From Acidobacteriota bacterium (GTDB taxonomy: Bacteria > Acidobacteriota > Thermoanaerobaculia > Multivoradales > Multivoraceae), in the NCBI GenBank assembly GCA_039026915.1, contig JBCCLJ010000006.1:5000-68999 (forward strand): DNA of 64,000 nt. Direction: 5' to 3'. A model generated the notes under the pieces. That model saw only the letters and a list, made by a program, of their open reading frames with translations, was not told the origin of the DNA and did no database searches. The translations under genes and the position numbers were made by a program. Below are positions 16,140-25,511 of the stretch, one piece after another (the first letter of the stretch is position 1; the number at the start of each line of letters is the position of its first letter).

Positions 16140-17396
16140 TCAGGTCTCCTCGGCGCGCGGGGGTTTGACGCGAAGCCCCTCGAGCTGCCAGTCGTGTTGC
16201 GGAAAGTAGACGCCCACGCCCCGGTCGCGCGCACGAACGGTGAGGCGAAAGACGCCTTTGCGGTAGTCGTAAGGCGCGCCCGAGCGCGAATGCACGGCGA
16301 CGTCGACGAGGTACTCGCCGGGAGCGAGGCGCAGTTCGGGACAGCGCAGACGAACGGTCGCAGCCCCTTGCCAGCGCTCGGGTTCGAAGCCGGCGAGATC
16401 CGTGTTCGTACCCCAGCACTCCATGCCTCTCGGAGTCGAGACGGCGACGCCGAAGACGAAGTCGTCCAAGGGCTCCTCGCAGCGGGCGCTGATCTCGAAG
16501 GCGACCGCGTCGCCGGTGGCGAAGTCATAACGCTCCTCCCCGCCGACCAACAGGCGCGTCGACTCGATCCGCGCCTGGCCGGAGCCCCAGCGATCCTCGG
16601 GCGCTTCCTCTTCGTCGCGCTTCTTCTCTGCGAGGTGCGCTCGGCCCTCTTCGGCCGCGACCTGCTCCCGGTAGGCGTCAATCATGCGACGTGGCTCTCC
16701 GACGCCCTGGGAGTGCCCCTTCTCCAGCCACAGCACGCGATCGCAGAGGCTCTCCACGAGATCGAGACTGTGGCTCACCACCATCAGCGTGCGGCCGCGA
16801 CCGAGATGCTCTTCGATCTTGGCCAGGCAGCGATGAGCGAACTGCTCATCGCCGACCGCCAGGACCTCGTCGACGAGCAGCACTTCGGGATCCGTGTGAA
16901 TCGCGACGGCGAAGCCGAGGCGCACGTACATGCCACTCGAGTAGTTCTTGACCGGCTCTTCGATGAAATCGCCAAGGCCGGAAAACTCGACGATCTCGTC
17001 GTAGCGTCGTTCGATGTCGCTGCGGCTCAGGCCGAGGATCGAGCCGTTGATGAAGACGTTCTCGCGCCCCGAGATCTCCGGATGGAAGCCGGCTCCCAGC
17101 TCGATCAGCGCCGCAACGCGCCCGTCGACGGCGAGCTTTCCCGACGTCGGCTGCAGGAGTCCGGCGACGAGCTTGAGGAGCGTCGACTTGCCCGAGCCGT
17201 TGCCGCCGATGACGCCGAAGGCTTCGCCGGCCGGGACCTCGAACGACAGACTCTCGATCGCCGTCACGGCCTCACCGGGGCGCAGTCCCCGCACCAGGCT
17301 GCGGTCGAGCAGAGCACTCTTGAGGGTGCGCATCTTGAAACCCGCCGATGTCCGCCGATAGAGCTTGCTGAGCCCCTCTGCGCGAATCGCGCTCAT
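16140..17396 (-). CDS. wzt: Polysaccharide/O-antigen ABC exporter ATPase with C-terminal beta-sandwich (Wzt_C-like) domain
   Basis: Walker A 'GGNGSGKSTLL', signature 'YSSGMYVRLGFA', Walker B 'LLVDEVLAVGD'. An extra ~165-aa C-terminal domain follows ('RIESTRLLVGGEERYDFATGD...LRLAPGEYLVDVAVH'). ATG 17396 overlaps the wzm stop (ATGA). Confidence 0.9.
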   Translation of the reverse strand: MSAIRAEGLSKLYRRTSAGFKMRTLKSALLDRSLVRGLRPGEAVTAIESLSFEVPAGEAFGVIGGNGSGKSTLLKLVAGLLQPTSGKLAVDGRVAALIELGAGFHPEISGRENVFINGSILGLSRSDIERRYDEIVEFSGLGDFIEEPVKNYSSGMYVRLGFAVAIHTDPEVLLVDEVLAVGDEQFAHRCLAKIEEHLGRGRTLMVVSHSLDLVESLCDRVLWLEKGHSQGVGEPRRMIDAYREQVAAEEGRAHLAEKKRDEEEAPEDRWGSGQARIESTRLLVGGEERYDFATGDAVAFEISARCEEPLDDFVFGVAVSTPRGMECWGTNTDLAGFEPERWQGAATVRLRCPELRLAPGEYLVDVAVHSRSGAPYDYRKGVFRLTVRARDRGVGVYFPQHDWQLEGLRVKPPRAEET

Positions 17397-18193
17397 ACGG
17401 CCTCCGCCACGGTCTCGCGCAGTCGCGTGAAGATCCAACTGCCCAGGAGCCAGCTCAGCACCGACCAGCCGGCCATTTCCAGCCAGATCGTCGCCGGCGG
17501 CAGCGTGCCTCCGTAGAGAAGGCTCTGATAGGCCAACGTGAACGGGGTGAATGGATTCAAGTGCAGCCAGCGTCCGTAGCGACCGGCGAACTCGATCGAG
17601 TAGATGATCGGCGCCAGGAAGAACAGGAGCTGCAGAACGTTGGCCAGGAGGTCACGCACATCCTTGAAGTGCACGCTCAGCGAAGAGAGCCCCAGGACCA
17701 TGCCGCTGAGCATCAACAGGTGTAGAGCGATGGCCACCGGAACCAACAGCGACGGCAGTCCGAGGACCGAGTAACCGAGGAGCCTGCCGAGGACCAGAGC
17801 GAGGACGAGGATCGGAAGCGCCAGCAAAAAGTGCACGAGCTGCGCCGACACCGTCACCGCCGGCAGGATCTCGAGCGGAAACGAAGCGCGGCGGATGAGA
17901 CCGGCGTTCGAGGACAGCGACTGCGTTCCCTCGAGCAGTGTGTTGTTGGTCCAGATCCAGGGGAAGAGGCCGCACACCAAAAAGAGCACGAAGGGGTGCG
18001 GGGCACTCGCGTCTCCCGCGCGAGGCCCGAGGAAGAGGCCGAAAACCGCAGCGAAGACGGCCAGCAGAAGCAGCGGGTTGGCCAGAGACCAGAGAAAGCC
18101 CAGAGCACTGCCGCGATAACGCGCCTTGAGCTCGCGGCCGGTGAGGGCGACGAGCAAGCCGCGATAGCGCAGCACGGTTCTGAGTGTCTTCAT
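17393..18193 (-). CDS. wzm: ABC-2 type polysaccharide exporter permease
   Basis: 266 aa. 'LTGRELKARYRGSALGFLWSLANPLL' plus six hydrophobic segments. Stop/start overlap with wzt. Confidence 0.87.
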   Translation of the reverse strand: MKTLRTVLRYRGLLVALTGRELKARYRGSALGFLWSLANPLLLLAVFAAVFGLFLGPRAGDASAPHPFVLFLVCGLFPWIWTNNTLLEGTQSLSSNAGLIRRASFPLEILPAVTVSAQLVHFLLALPILVLALVLGRLLGYSVLGLPSLLVPVAIALHLLMLSGMVLGLSSLSVHFKDVRDLLANVLQLLFFLAPIIYSIEFAGRYGRWLHLNPFTPFTLAYQSLLYGGTLPPATIWLEMAGWSVLSWLLGSWIFTRLRETVAEAV

Positions 18194-18388
18194 AGTGACG
18201 TCGACGGAGTCTTCGCAGCAGTGCGCCGCGGCCTGGCGCCTTCGTGCCCTCCTGCGCTACCGCACGTCTTCGCGACGGAGGAGGTGCCGCGCCAGAGGGC
18301 CGATCCGGGCGATTCTATGGCTCCTACCGGACATTTCGCGCGGTGACGTGGTGCTAACCTCCAACGCGATGGACGCGAGAAGCCAGCG

Positions 18389-18697
18389 ATGAGCGACCGC
18401 AGCCGCCTGCAGGTCGACTGTCCCTGCTGCGAAGCGCAGCTCGCCATCGATCGCGAGACGGGAGCGGTGATCTCCCACACGGCCGCAGAGGCGCCGGTCG
18501 CGGGCGGCGCCGACTTCGAGGATCTGCTCGCCGATCTCGATCGGCAGAAGGCGCGCGCCGAACAGCTCTTCGAGCAGGAGAAGGCGGCGATGGCCGATCG
18601 CGATCGCGTTCTCGACGAGCGCTTCGCCGAAGCCTTGCGCAAGGCCGAAGAAGAACCGGACGACGCTCCGCCGCCCCGACCCTTCGACCTCGACTGA
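18389..18697 (+). CDS. Small zinc-ribbon / coiled-coil protein, function unknown
   Basis: 102 aa: 'LQVDCPCCEAQLAIDRETGAVISH', then a charged helical tail. It is the only plausible ORF in this interval and lies on the strand opposite both neighbours. Confidence 0.55.
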   Translation: MSDRSRLQVDCPCCEAQLAIDRETGAVISHTAAEAPVAGGADFEDLLADLDRQKARAEQLFEQEKAAMADRDRVLDERFAEALRKAEEEPDDAPPPRPFDLD

Positions 18698-18707
18698 CGA
18701 GGCGCCA

Positions 18708-20942
18708 TCACGCCGCGCTGACCGCCTCTTCGCTGAGCAGGAAGATCGGCCGGCGGCCGAGCTCCAGAGTTCCATCGACCCGGCGAGCATCTCCACCGAT
18801 CTCCTGCAGCGCCACGAAGCCGCCGGGCGGCTCGAAGGATCGGCGCTCCGACGCGGTCGTCCAGGCAACCAGGACCTGACTCGCGTTGTCTCCGACAAAG
18901 CGATGAAGGTGAACGTCTTCGGCACTGTCGAGGCGGCCAGCGTAGGTGCGCCCGCGCAGATGCCGGAGGAGATCGCGCAGCGCGTAGAACGAAGGCCGGC
19001 GGCGCAGCGAATCACCGGTCGGATCGATCAGCCCGTAGCCCTTGGCGATCGGCTGCCACCAGAAGACCCTCTCGACCAGGCCCGTCGCGAGCACCAGCAC
19101 GTAGTAGCGCACGAGGTAGTCCGCTTGCTCGTCTTCTCCGACCGCGACGTCGCGACCCGCCGGCGAATGCGGACCCTCGCGCAGCGGCCAGTTCATCTCG
19201 GTGATCCAGACGCGGCCACTAGGGCAGTTGCGTGACGTCTCGGCAATGCTCTTCAGCAGCTCGACCTTGCCGACCGTGTCGAGTCCCATTTGGAGGTTCT
19301 CGGGCGCGCCACGGCGATCGACGTAGAGGAGGCTCGCGACAGCGTCGAAGTGGGCCGCCTCGTTCTTCGAGCTCAGCAGGGCGACGAGGAGGTGAAACTC
19401 GAAATCGATGATCGGCGGGCCGAGGATCTCCACGTCGGAACGCGCGGCACGCAGCTCTTCCGCTGCGCTGGCAAGGAGCTGTAGATACTCGCCTGGATGC
19501 CAGACCCCCCACTTCGAGCGGTTGATCGCCTGCCCGACCTGGAAGGCGCGACCGAACGGCGCGAAGGTCGTCGCGAGCCGCCGGACCGACGCGCGCCAGC
19601 GCTCGGGATCCTTCACCAAGACTCGATTCTGAGGGAGCGCAAAGGAAAGCTCGATACCGCGCTGCTCGAGCTCGCGGGCCAGCACGAGCTCTTCCTCGTG
19701 CTCGTCCTCCCACGGATGCAGGCGCAGGAGCGCATGTCGCACTCCCAGATCTTCGACGGCCGAAAGAAGGCCCTCGCGATCCCCAGGGTAGGGACGCAGC
19801 GCCACTCCGGCGCCGACGAAGGGCGCGCCGATCCGCGGCTCGCGCACGATCTCCTTGAATCGTCTGCGGATCTGCGGCGCTCCGGTCAGGACGGCCGCTG
19901 CGGTCGACAGATGGCGGGGGCTGTCGCCGAGACGCACCAGCGTCTTCTCGAAGCGGCTCGCGTGCTGGTGGGGTTGATCCGAAAGGTTGTCCCAGACGAT
20001 CTTGTCGCGGCGCGAGGCGCTCGCATCGGCTTCGGGGATGTGCGTGTGAGCAGAGCGCCGCGGCAGCACGGTCTCGAGCACGCTGCGGAGACCGCCGCGC
20101 ACCGTCTTCTTCGTCGAGTTCTTGAGCAGAAACGAGCGATGGTAGAAGCGGTAGAGCCCGACGCCCAGCGACCGAGACGCTTTCGAGAGTCCGGCGCGCT
20201 CGAAGTAGGCATCGAGATAGATCTGCTGATCTTCTGCACGGAAGATCGGCATGCGCGAGAGATCGCGCATGCGCTCGCTGAGCGACAGCGACCGCCCGCA
20301 GCGCGCCCGACTGAGATCGATGAAGGTCAGAGGCGGTGCCGTCCCCGGATCGACCTGGGCGTGCGAGAAGGCCGTGGGCGAAAGCAGCACGTTGCCACTC
20401 GTCATGTCGCGATGCCAGATGCCGGCATCGTGGAGCTGACCGAGCGCTGCACCCAGAGAGCCGAGAAAGCGGGCCGCGTCGAGATCCGGGAACTCCTCCG
20501 AAGCACGGTCGGCGTTGAGCGCGCGCAGCAGGTAGCGCGCTTCCATGCGGTCCTCGTCGTAGCGACAGACGTAGAACGCCGGACCGTCGGCTTCGGCGTG
20601 GTCGACGTAGAGCACGGGCTCCGGCGTGGCCAGTCCGGCCTCCGTCAGCGCTTCCGCCGATTGCCACGAGCGTGCCGCTTTGGTGCCGCGCATCGCGCGC
20701 CGCAGTCGCGGTTTGAGACTGTCGTGACGGAATTGCTTGACGACCACGTCGAACGTCTCGTCCGGCGTGCTCAGCTCGGCAACGTACAGATAGTTCCGCC
20801 CCCAGTGCAGCGTCGTCTTGGCGCTGCCAGCATCGACGAGCGGCTCCAGAATGGAGCGCCAGTCGAGCCCCGCGTAGCGCTCCGCAACCTCTCCATGCAG
20901 GTCGTCGACGACCAGCGGCTTCGTCGCTCCGAAGCCGCTCAT
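18708..20942 (-). CDS. Fusion protein: N-terminal Kdo/WaaP-family (LPS kinase-like) domain + C-terminal glycoside-hydrolase-like TIM-barrel domain
   Basis: N-terminus 'VVKQFRHDSLKPRLRRAMRGTKAARSW...LGQLHDAGIWHRDMTSGNVLL' has a kinase-type catalytic loop. C-terminus 'GRVWITEMNWPL...ADYLVRYYVLVLATGLVERVFWWQ' resembles clan GH-A catalytic cores. ATG 20942 overlaps the rng stop (ATGA). Confidence 0.8.
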   Translation of the reverse strand: MSGFGATKPLVVDDLHGEVAERYAGLDWRSILEPLVDAGSAKTTLHWGRNYLYVAELSTPDETFDVVVKQFRHDSLKPRLRRAMRGTKAARSWQSAEALTEAGLATPEPVLYVDHAEADGPAFYVCRYDEDRMEARYLLRALNADRASEEFPDLDAARFLGSLGAALGQLHDAGIWHRDMTSGNVLLSPTAFSHAQVDPGTAPPLTFIDLSRARCGRSLSLSERMRDLSRMPIFRAEDQQIYLDAYFERAGLSKASRSLGVGLYRFYHRSFLLKNSTKKTVRGGLRSVLETVLPRRSAHTHIPEADASASRRDKIVWDNLSDQPHQHASRFEKTLVRLGDSPRHLSTAAAVLTGAPQIRRRFKEIVREPRIGAPFVGAGVALRPYPGDREGLLSAVEDLGVRHALLRLHPWEDEHEEELVLARELEQRGIELSFALPQNRVLVKDPERWRASVRRLATTFAPFGRAFQVGQAINRSKWGVWHPGEYLQLLASAAEELRAARSDVEILGPPIIDFEFHLLVALLSSKNEAAHFDAVASLLYVDRRGAPENLQMGLDTVGKVELLKSIAETSRNCPSGRVWITEMNWPLREGPHSPAGRDVAVGEDEQADYLVRYYVLVLATGLVERVFWWQPIAKGYGLIDPTGDSLRRRPSFYALRDLLRHLRGRTYAGRLDSAEDVHLHRFVGDNASQVLVAWTTASERRSFEPPGGFVALQEIGGDARRVDGTLELGRRPIFLLSEEAVSAA

Positions 20943-22504
20943 ACGTCCGTCAGGCTGAAGCTCTCATGGTGCAGCTCCGCGTCTCCCTGCACCAGGATGT
21001 TCGACCCGAGGGACCCTTGAAGCTCTTCGAGAATCGGGCGCTCCTCCGTCTGCAGCGCGGCAGCCACCTCCGGATGCACGCGCAGCAGCAGCTCGCGCAC
21101 CGGCGCACCCGAGCGCATCAACCGCAGCACCTCGCGACGGATCTTGAAGCAGATCGTCGACAGGGTCAGGATGCGCCCCTGGCCCTGGCAGTAGGGGCAG
21201 CGCCTCGTCAGGCTCCTCTCGAGATTGGCATGGCTGCGCTTACGCGTCAGCTCGATGAGTCCGAACTCCGAGATGCTGAGCACCTTGCTCTTGGCTCGGT
21301 CGAGACGCAGCTCGCTCTCGAAGGCCTCGAAGACTTCGAGGCGGTGGTCCTCCTCATCCATGTCGATGAGGTCGATGATGATGATGCCGCTGAGATCACG
21401 AAGCCTGATCTGGCGGACGATCTCGCGCACCGCCTCGAGATTCGTGCGCAGCACCGTCTGCTCGAGACTCGTCTGCCCGACGTAGCGACCGGTGTTGACG
21501 TCGATCGCGACCAGAGCCTCCGTCTGGTTGATCACCAGATAGCCACCCGACTTGAGCCAGACCTTGCTGGCGAGGGCAGCATCGATCTCATCTTCGACCT
21601 TGAAACGATCGAAGAGCGTCGCCTCTTCACGGTCGAGCTTGACCCGACCAACGAGCGCCGGCTGCACGTGGTCGAGAAACTCGACGATGCGCTGATAGCT
21701 CTCTTCGCCGTCGGCCCAGAGAACCGAGTACTCGTGATTGAAGACGTCGCGCACGACGCGCAGCGCCAGATCGAGATCCTGATGCACCAGAACGGGTGCG
21801 CGCACCTTCTCGGCTGAACGACGGATGCGACCCCAGAGATCGATCAGGTAGTTCCGGTCTTCGAAAAAGCTCTCGAGATCCTGACCTTCGCCGGCGGTGC
21901 GCACGATCAGGCCAGCCCGATCCACGGCAACGCTGTCCAGAACCCGCAGCAGACGCTCACGCTCTGCCTCATCCTCGATGCGACGCGAGATGCCGTCATG
22001 CTGCACCGTGGGAAGCAGCACGAGATAGCGACTCGGCAGCGTAATGTGCGTAGTGACTCGAGCACCCTTGTTGGCCAGCGCATCTTTGGTCACTTGGACG
22101 ACGAGCTCCTGTCCATCCTTGAGGAGTTCGTCGATGGACCGCATGCGCGGCTCGGCGGGCTCGGCGTCCGGTTCCTGCCCCCCGCCCAGGGACGAGATCT
22201 GTTCGTCCTCATCGAGGCTGCCGGCGCCGACCTCGACCACGTCGCTGACGTAGAGAAACGCGTCGCGCTCCAAACCGATGTCGACGAATGCCGCCTGCAT
22301 ACCGGGCAGGACTCGGGTCACCCGCCCCTTGTAGATGTTGCCGACGACGCCGCGCTGGGTCTTGCGCTCGACGAAGATCTCGACCGCACGATCGTTCTCG
22401 AGCACGGCGATGCGCGTCTGATGAGGGTCGCTCTCGACGAGCATCTTGCGCGCGACGGTGGCCGGCTCGCGCCGCCGTTCAGGCGCTGTTGCTTTCTGGG
22501 TCAT
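20939..22504 (-). CDS. rng: Ribonuclease G (Rne/Rng family)
   Basis: S1 domain 'GNIYKGRVTRVLPGMQAAFVDIGLERDAFLYVSD'. Catalytic core 'GGYLVINQTEALVAIDVNTGRYVG'. An alternative start at 22444 ('MLVESDPHQTRIAVLE') is possible. Confidence 0.9.
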   Translation of the reverse strand: MTQKATAPERRREPATVARKMLVESDPHQTRIAVLENDRAVEIFVERKTQRGVVGNIYKGRVTRVLPGMQAAFVDIGLERDAFLYVSDVVEVGAGSLDEDEQISSLGGGQEPDAEPAEPRMRSIDELLKDGQELVVQVTKDALANKGARVTTHITLPSRYLVLLPTVQHDGISRRIEDEAERERLLRVLDSVAVDRAGLIVRTAGEGQDLESFFEDRNYLIDLWGRIRRSAEKVRAPVLVHQDLDLALRVVRDVFNHEYSVLWADGEESYQRIVEFLDHVQPALVGRVKLDREEATLFDRFKVEDEIDAALASKVWLKSGGYLVINQTEALVAIDVNTGRYVGQTSLEQTVLRTNLEAVREIVRQIRLRDLSGIIIIDLIDMDEEDHRLEVFEAFESELRLDRAKSKVLSISEFGLIELTRKRSHANLERSLTRRCPYCQGQGRILTLSTICFKIRREVLRLMRSGAPVRELLLRVHPEVAAALQTEERPILEELQGSLGSNILVQGDAELHHESFSLTDV

Positions 22505-22529
22505 GGGGGTTGTCCGGCGAGCGCGTCGC

Positions 22530-23666
22530 TCAGCGATTCACGTAGCGTCGTCGCTCGACGTTCAGCACGAGGCCCGTGACGAAAAAGGTGAAGAGAGTGA
22601 ACGATCCGCCGTAGCTCAGGAAGGGAATCGGGATGCCGGTGACGGGCACGAGGCCGATCACCATCGCACTATTGTAAAGAACATAGGTGCAGAGAACGGC
22701 CAGGAGTCCTGAGCTCAGCAGCACACCCTCGCGATCCCGCGCCCGGGACGCGATCTTGACGCCGCCCGCGAAGTACACGATGTAGAAGAACAGGACGAGG
22801 CCAACGCCGACGAACCCGCGCTCCTCCGCGAGGACGGCGAAGATGAAGTCGGTGTGACGCGCCGGCAGGAATCTCAACTGGCTCTGCGTTCCCTGCATGT
22901 AGCCCTTGCCGAGAACGCCGCCCGAGCCGACCGCGATTTTGCTCTGGCGGACCTGATAGCCGTCGCCCAGCGGGTCGCGGTCCGGCGAAAGAAAGCTGAG
23001 AACGCGGTCACGCTGGTAGTCCTGGGTGCCGAAAACCCAAATGCCGGCCAACAGCACGACGCCGACGAGCGCCATGCGCGCCATGAGACGCGGACGAACC
23101 CCGGCAAGCAGCGTCATGCCGCCGAACATGGGCAGGAACATGACGGCTCCGCCGTAGTCCGGCTGCAGCGCGATCAGAAACATCGGTGGAGCGATGATGG
23201 CGACGCAGACGAGAAGGTGCGGGAGCTCCAGGTAGCCCTGACGGACCCCGGCCAGATAGCGCGCCAGGAACAGGCCGGTGGTGATCTTGGCGAGGTCCGA
23301 CGGCTGACCGCCGAGACCGGCGATGCCCACCCAGCTGCGAGCGCCGCCCGCCTCGTGGCCAAAAAGCAGGATCAGAGTGATCGCGAGCAGACCGAAGAGG
23401 TAGAGGGGCGTCGCCCAGCGCATCAGCGCCCGGTAGTTGACGAAGGTGCCGAGCAGAAGCGCAAGACAGCCCAGGGCCAGGAAGGCGAGCTGACGCGGCA
23501 GGTAGTCGATGGCGAGCTCGGCGCTCGCCGAACGTACCGTGACGACGCCGATGAGCGACAGCACGGAGGTGCTGCTCAGGACGGCCCAGAAGACGCCCGG
23601 TACGCGGCCGAGGAGCGAGGGCTCCTCAGGAAGCGTCAGGCCGCCGACTGCCGAAGTATCTCTCAT
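22530..23666 (-). CDS. rodA: Rod-shape-determining peptidoglycan polymerase RodA (SEDS family)
   Basis: Multi-TM protein: 'DYGGAVMFLP', 'RDPLGDGYQVRQSKIAVGSGGVLGKGYMQGTQSQLRFLPARHTDFIFAV', 'TGIPIPFLSYGGS'. The start is uncertain: ATG 23666 overlaps the mrdA 3' end by 41 nt. Confidence 0.88.
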   Translation of the reverse strand: MRDTSAVGGLTLPEEPSLLGRVPGVFWAVLSSTSVLSLIGVVTVRSASAELAIDYLPRQLAFLALGCLALLLGTFVNYRALMRWATPLYLFGLLAITLILLFGHEAGGARSWVGIAGLGGQPSDLAKITTGLFLARYLAGVRQGYLELPHLLVCVAIIAPPMFLIALQPDYGGAVMFLPMFGGMTLLAGVRPRLMARMALVGVVLLAGIWVFGTQDYQRDRVLSFLSPDRDPLGDGYQVRQSKIAVGSGGVLGKGYMQGTQSQLRFLPARHTDFIFAVLAEERGFVGVGLVLFFYIVYFAGGVKIASRARDREGVLLSSGLLAVLCTYVLYNSAMVIGLVPVTGIPIPFLSYGGSFTLFTFFVTGLVLNVERRRYVNR

Positions 23667-25416
23667 ACAGTTTTCTCGCAATGGGCGCTGCGCTGCGCGA
23701 ACCCTGGCCACCGTGCTCGACGAAAACGACGACCACCAGCTCGGGAGCGTCGGCCGGAGCATAGGAGGCGAACCACGCGTGATCGCGGTGCTCGTAGGGC
23801 AGCGAATCCGAAGACGTCCACGTCTTCTGCTCGATCACCTGGGCGGTGCCGGTCTTGCCGCCGATCCGCACCGCTTCGAGCCGCGCCGAGGCGCCCGAGC
23901 CCAGATCGTTGACCACCGCCTCGAGCGCGCGGCGGACCTCGGCGAGCTCGTCCTCGCCGAGCTGCAGGTTCTTCGCCGCCTGGGCGTGCTCGTCGACGAG
24001 GTAGGGCGTCACGAGCCGACCGCCGTTGACCACCGCCGCCAGCATGACCGCCGCCTGAAGAGGGGTGACCAGGAGCGGCCCCTGCCCGATGGCTACGGAG
24101 ACGGTCTCTCCCGGGTACCAGCGCGTGTTGCGAACGCGCTGGCTCCAAGCGGCGTCCGGAACGAGTCCGGCGCGCTCACCGTCGAGGTCGATTCCCGTCC
24201 GCTGGCCCAGTCCGAGCTTGCGCGCGTACTCGGCGATCTTGTCGATGCCGAGCTCTTGGCCCTTCTGGTAGAAGTAGATGTCGCAGCTGTGCTTGATCGC
24301 ATCGTGCAGGTCGACCCAGCCGTGCCCTCGAGACAGGTGGCAGCGTCGCCGACGGTCGTGCAAGCGCACCGAGCCGCCACACCAGACCTTGTCGTAGGCG
24401 TCGAGCCCCTCGGACAGCTGAGCGATCGCCAGAACGATCTTGAAGACCGAGCCGGGCGGATAGCTGTTCTGGATCGCGCGGTTCTGGAGCGGATGGAAGG
24501 GCGAGGAAACGAGTGCATCCCACTCGTCCTTCTGCAGGCGACGAGCGAACTTGTTCGGATCGTAGGAGGGCGAGGACAGCAGCACCCGCACCGCGCCGTC
24601 GCGCGGATCGAGGGCGACGACGGCCCCGACGCGATCGCCCAGCGCCTCTTCCGCTTCCTGCTGGAGCTCGAGATCGAGCGTCAGCTCCAGGTTCTCGCCC
24701 GCGGTGGCCGGCGCTTCGACGAACTCGTCGATGCGTCGACCGCGACTGTCGACCACCAGAACACGTTCGCCGTCGCTGCCGCGCAGCTCGTCGTCGAAGT
24801 TGTACTCGAGTCCCTTCTTACCCACCAGGTGCCCGGAGCGCAGACCACGCTCGCGGTCCCTCAGGTCTTCTTCGGTGACCTCACCGAGGTAGCCGAGCAC
24901 GTGAGCGGTATGTGCACCGTGGCGGTAGAGACGGCGGTGCAGCACTTCGATCGAGAACTCTGGGTGCTCGAGGCTCGCGACTTCGAAACGAGAGACCTGG
25001 TTGAGGCTCAGGTCCTCCGCAAGAAGAACGGGCTTGAAGTCCGGGACCGATCCAACCTCGGCGAGACGACGCTGCAGCTCTTCCGTCTCGACCTCGAGAA
25101 CGTTGGCTGCAAAGACGAGGCTGGCGTCGCGATCGTCGGCCGCCGAGCGATCGAAATGAAGTCGGTAGCTCGGCACGTTCTCGACCAGACGACGGCCTTC
25201 GACGTCGGTGATCAGGCCTCGTGGAGCGCTGATCGGTCCCTTGCGCAGCCGGTTGTTCTCCGACAGCGCGCGGTACTCGCTCGCCTCCAGGATCTGGAGC
25301 GACCAGTAGCCTGCAATGACCGCTGCAAAGAACGCCGCCGCGATCCAAGCGAGGCGACGCAGGCGTACCTGAAGCTCTTCGAGATAGAGGCCTTCGCGAT
25401 GGTCGAACGTCGTCAT
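23626..25416 (-). CDS. mrdA: Penicillin-binding protein 2 (elongasome transpeptidase)
   Basis: 596 aa with an N-terminal TM anchor. SxxK 'PPGSVFKIV' and KTG 'GGKTGTAQV'. Lies between mreD and rodA. Confidence 0.93.
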   Translation of the reverse strand: MTTFDHREGLYLEELQVRLRRLAWIAAAFFAAVIAGYWSLQILEASEYRALSENNRLRKGPISAPRGLITDVEGRRLVENVPSYRLHFDRSAADDRDASLVFAANVLEVETEELQRRLAEVGSVPDFKPVLLAEDLSLNQVSRFEVASLEHPEFSIEVLHRRLYRHGAHTAHVLGYLGEVTEEDLRDRERGLRSGHLVGKKGLEYNFDDELRGSDGERVLVVDSRGRRIDEFVEAPATAGENLELTLDLELQQEAEEALGDRVGAVVALDPRDGAVRVLLSSPSYDPNKFARRLQKDEWDALVSSPFHPLQNRAIQNSYPPGSVFKIVLAIAQLSEGLDAYDKVWCGGSVRLHDRRRRCHLSRGHGWVDLHDAIKHSCDIYFYQKGQELGIDKIAEYARKLGLGQRTGIDLDGERAGLVPDAAWSQRVRNTRWYPGETVSVAIGQGPLLVTPLQAAVMLAAVVNGGRLVTPYLVDEHAQAAKNLQLGEDELAEVRRALEAVVNDLGSGASARLEAVRIGGKTGTAQVIEQKTWTSSDSLPYEHRDHAWFASYAPADAPELVVVVFVEHGGQGSRSAAPIARKLYERYFGSRRPDAS

Positions 25417-25511
25417 GCCAGGGGGACGCGGGAGTCAGCAGCAACCTGTGAAGGTAGCAAAGGGCCGCAAGAGCCACAAGGCGCTGAGCTGACGAGCTTT
25501 AGGCCTCGGCC

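Noticed and set aside
14643-17516. Plus-strand ORFs 14643..15920 (425 aa) and 16194..17516 (440 aa)
   Set aside because: Antisense to pepF and wzt, both of which have definitive motifs (HEMGH; Walker A/B).
19219-21020. 482-aa (-) and 507-aa (+) ORFs overlapping the kinase/GH gene
   Set aside because: Alternate-frame and antisense shadows. Only the 18708..20942 frame gives kinase and hydrolase-like motifs and is start/stop-coupled to rng.
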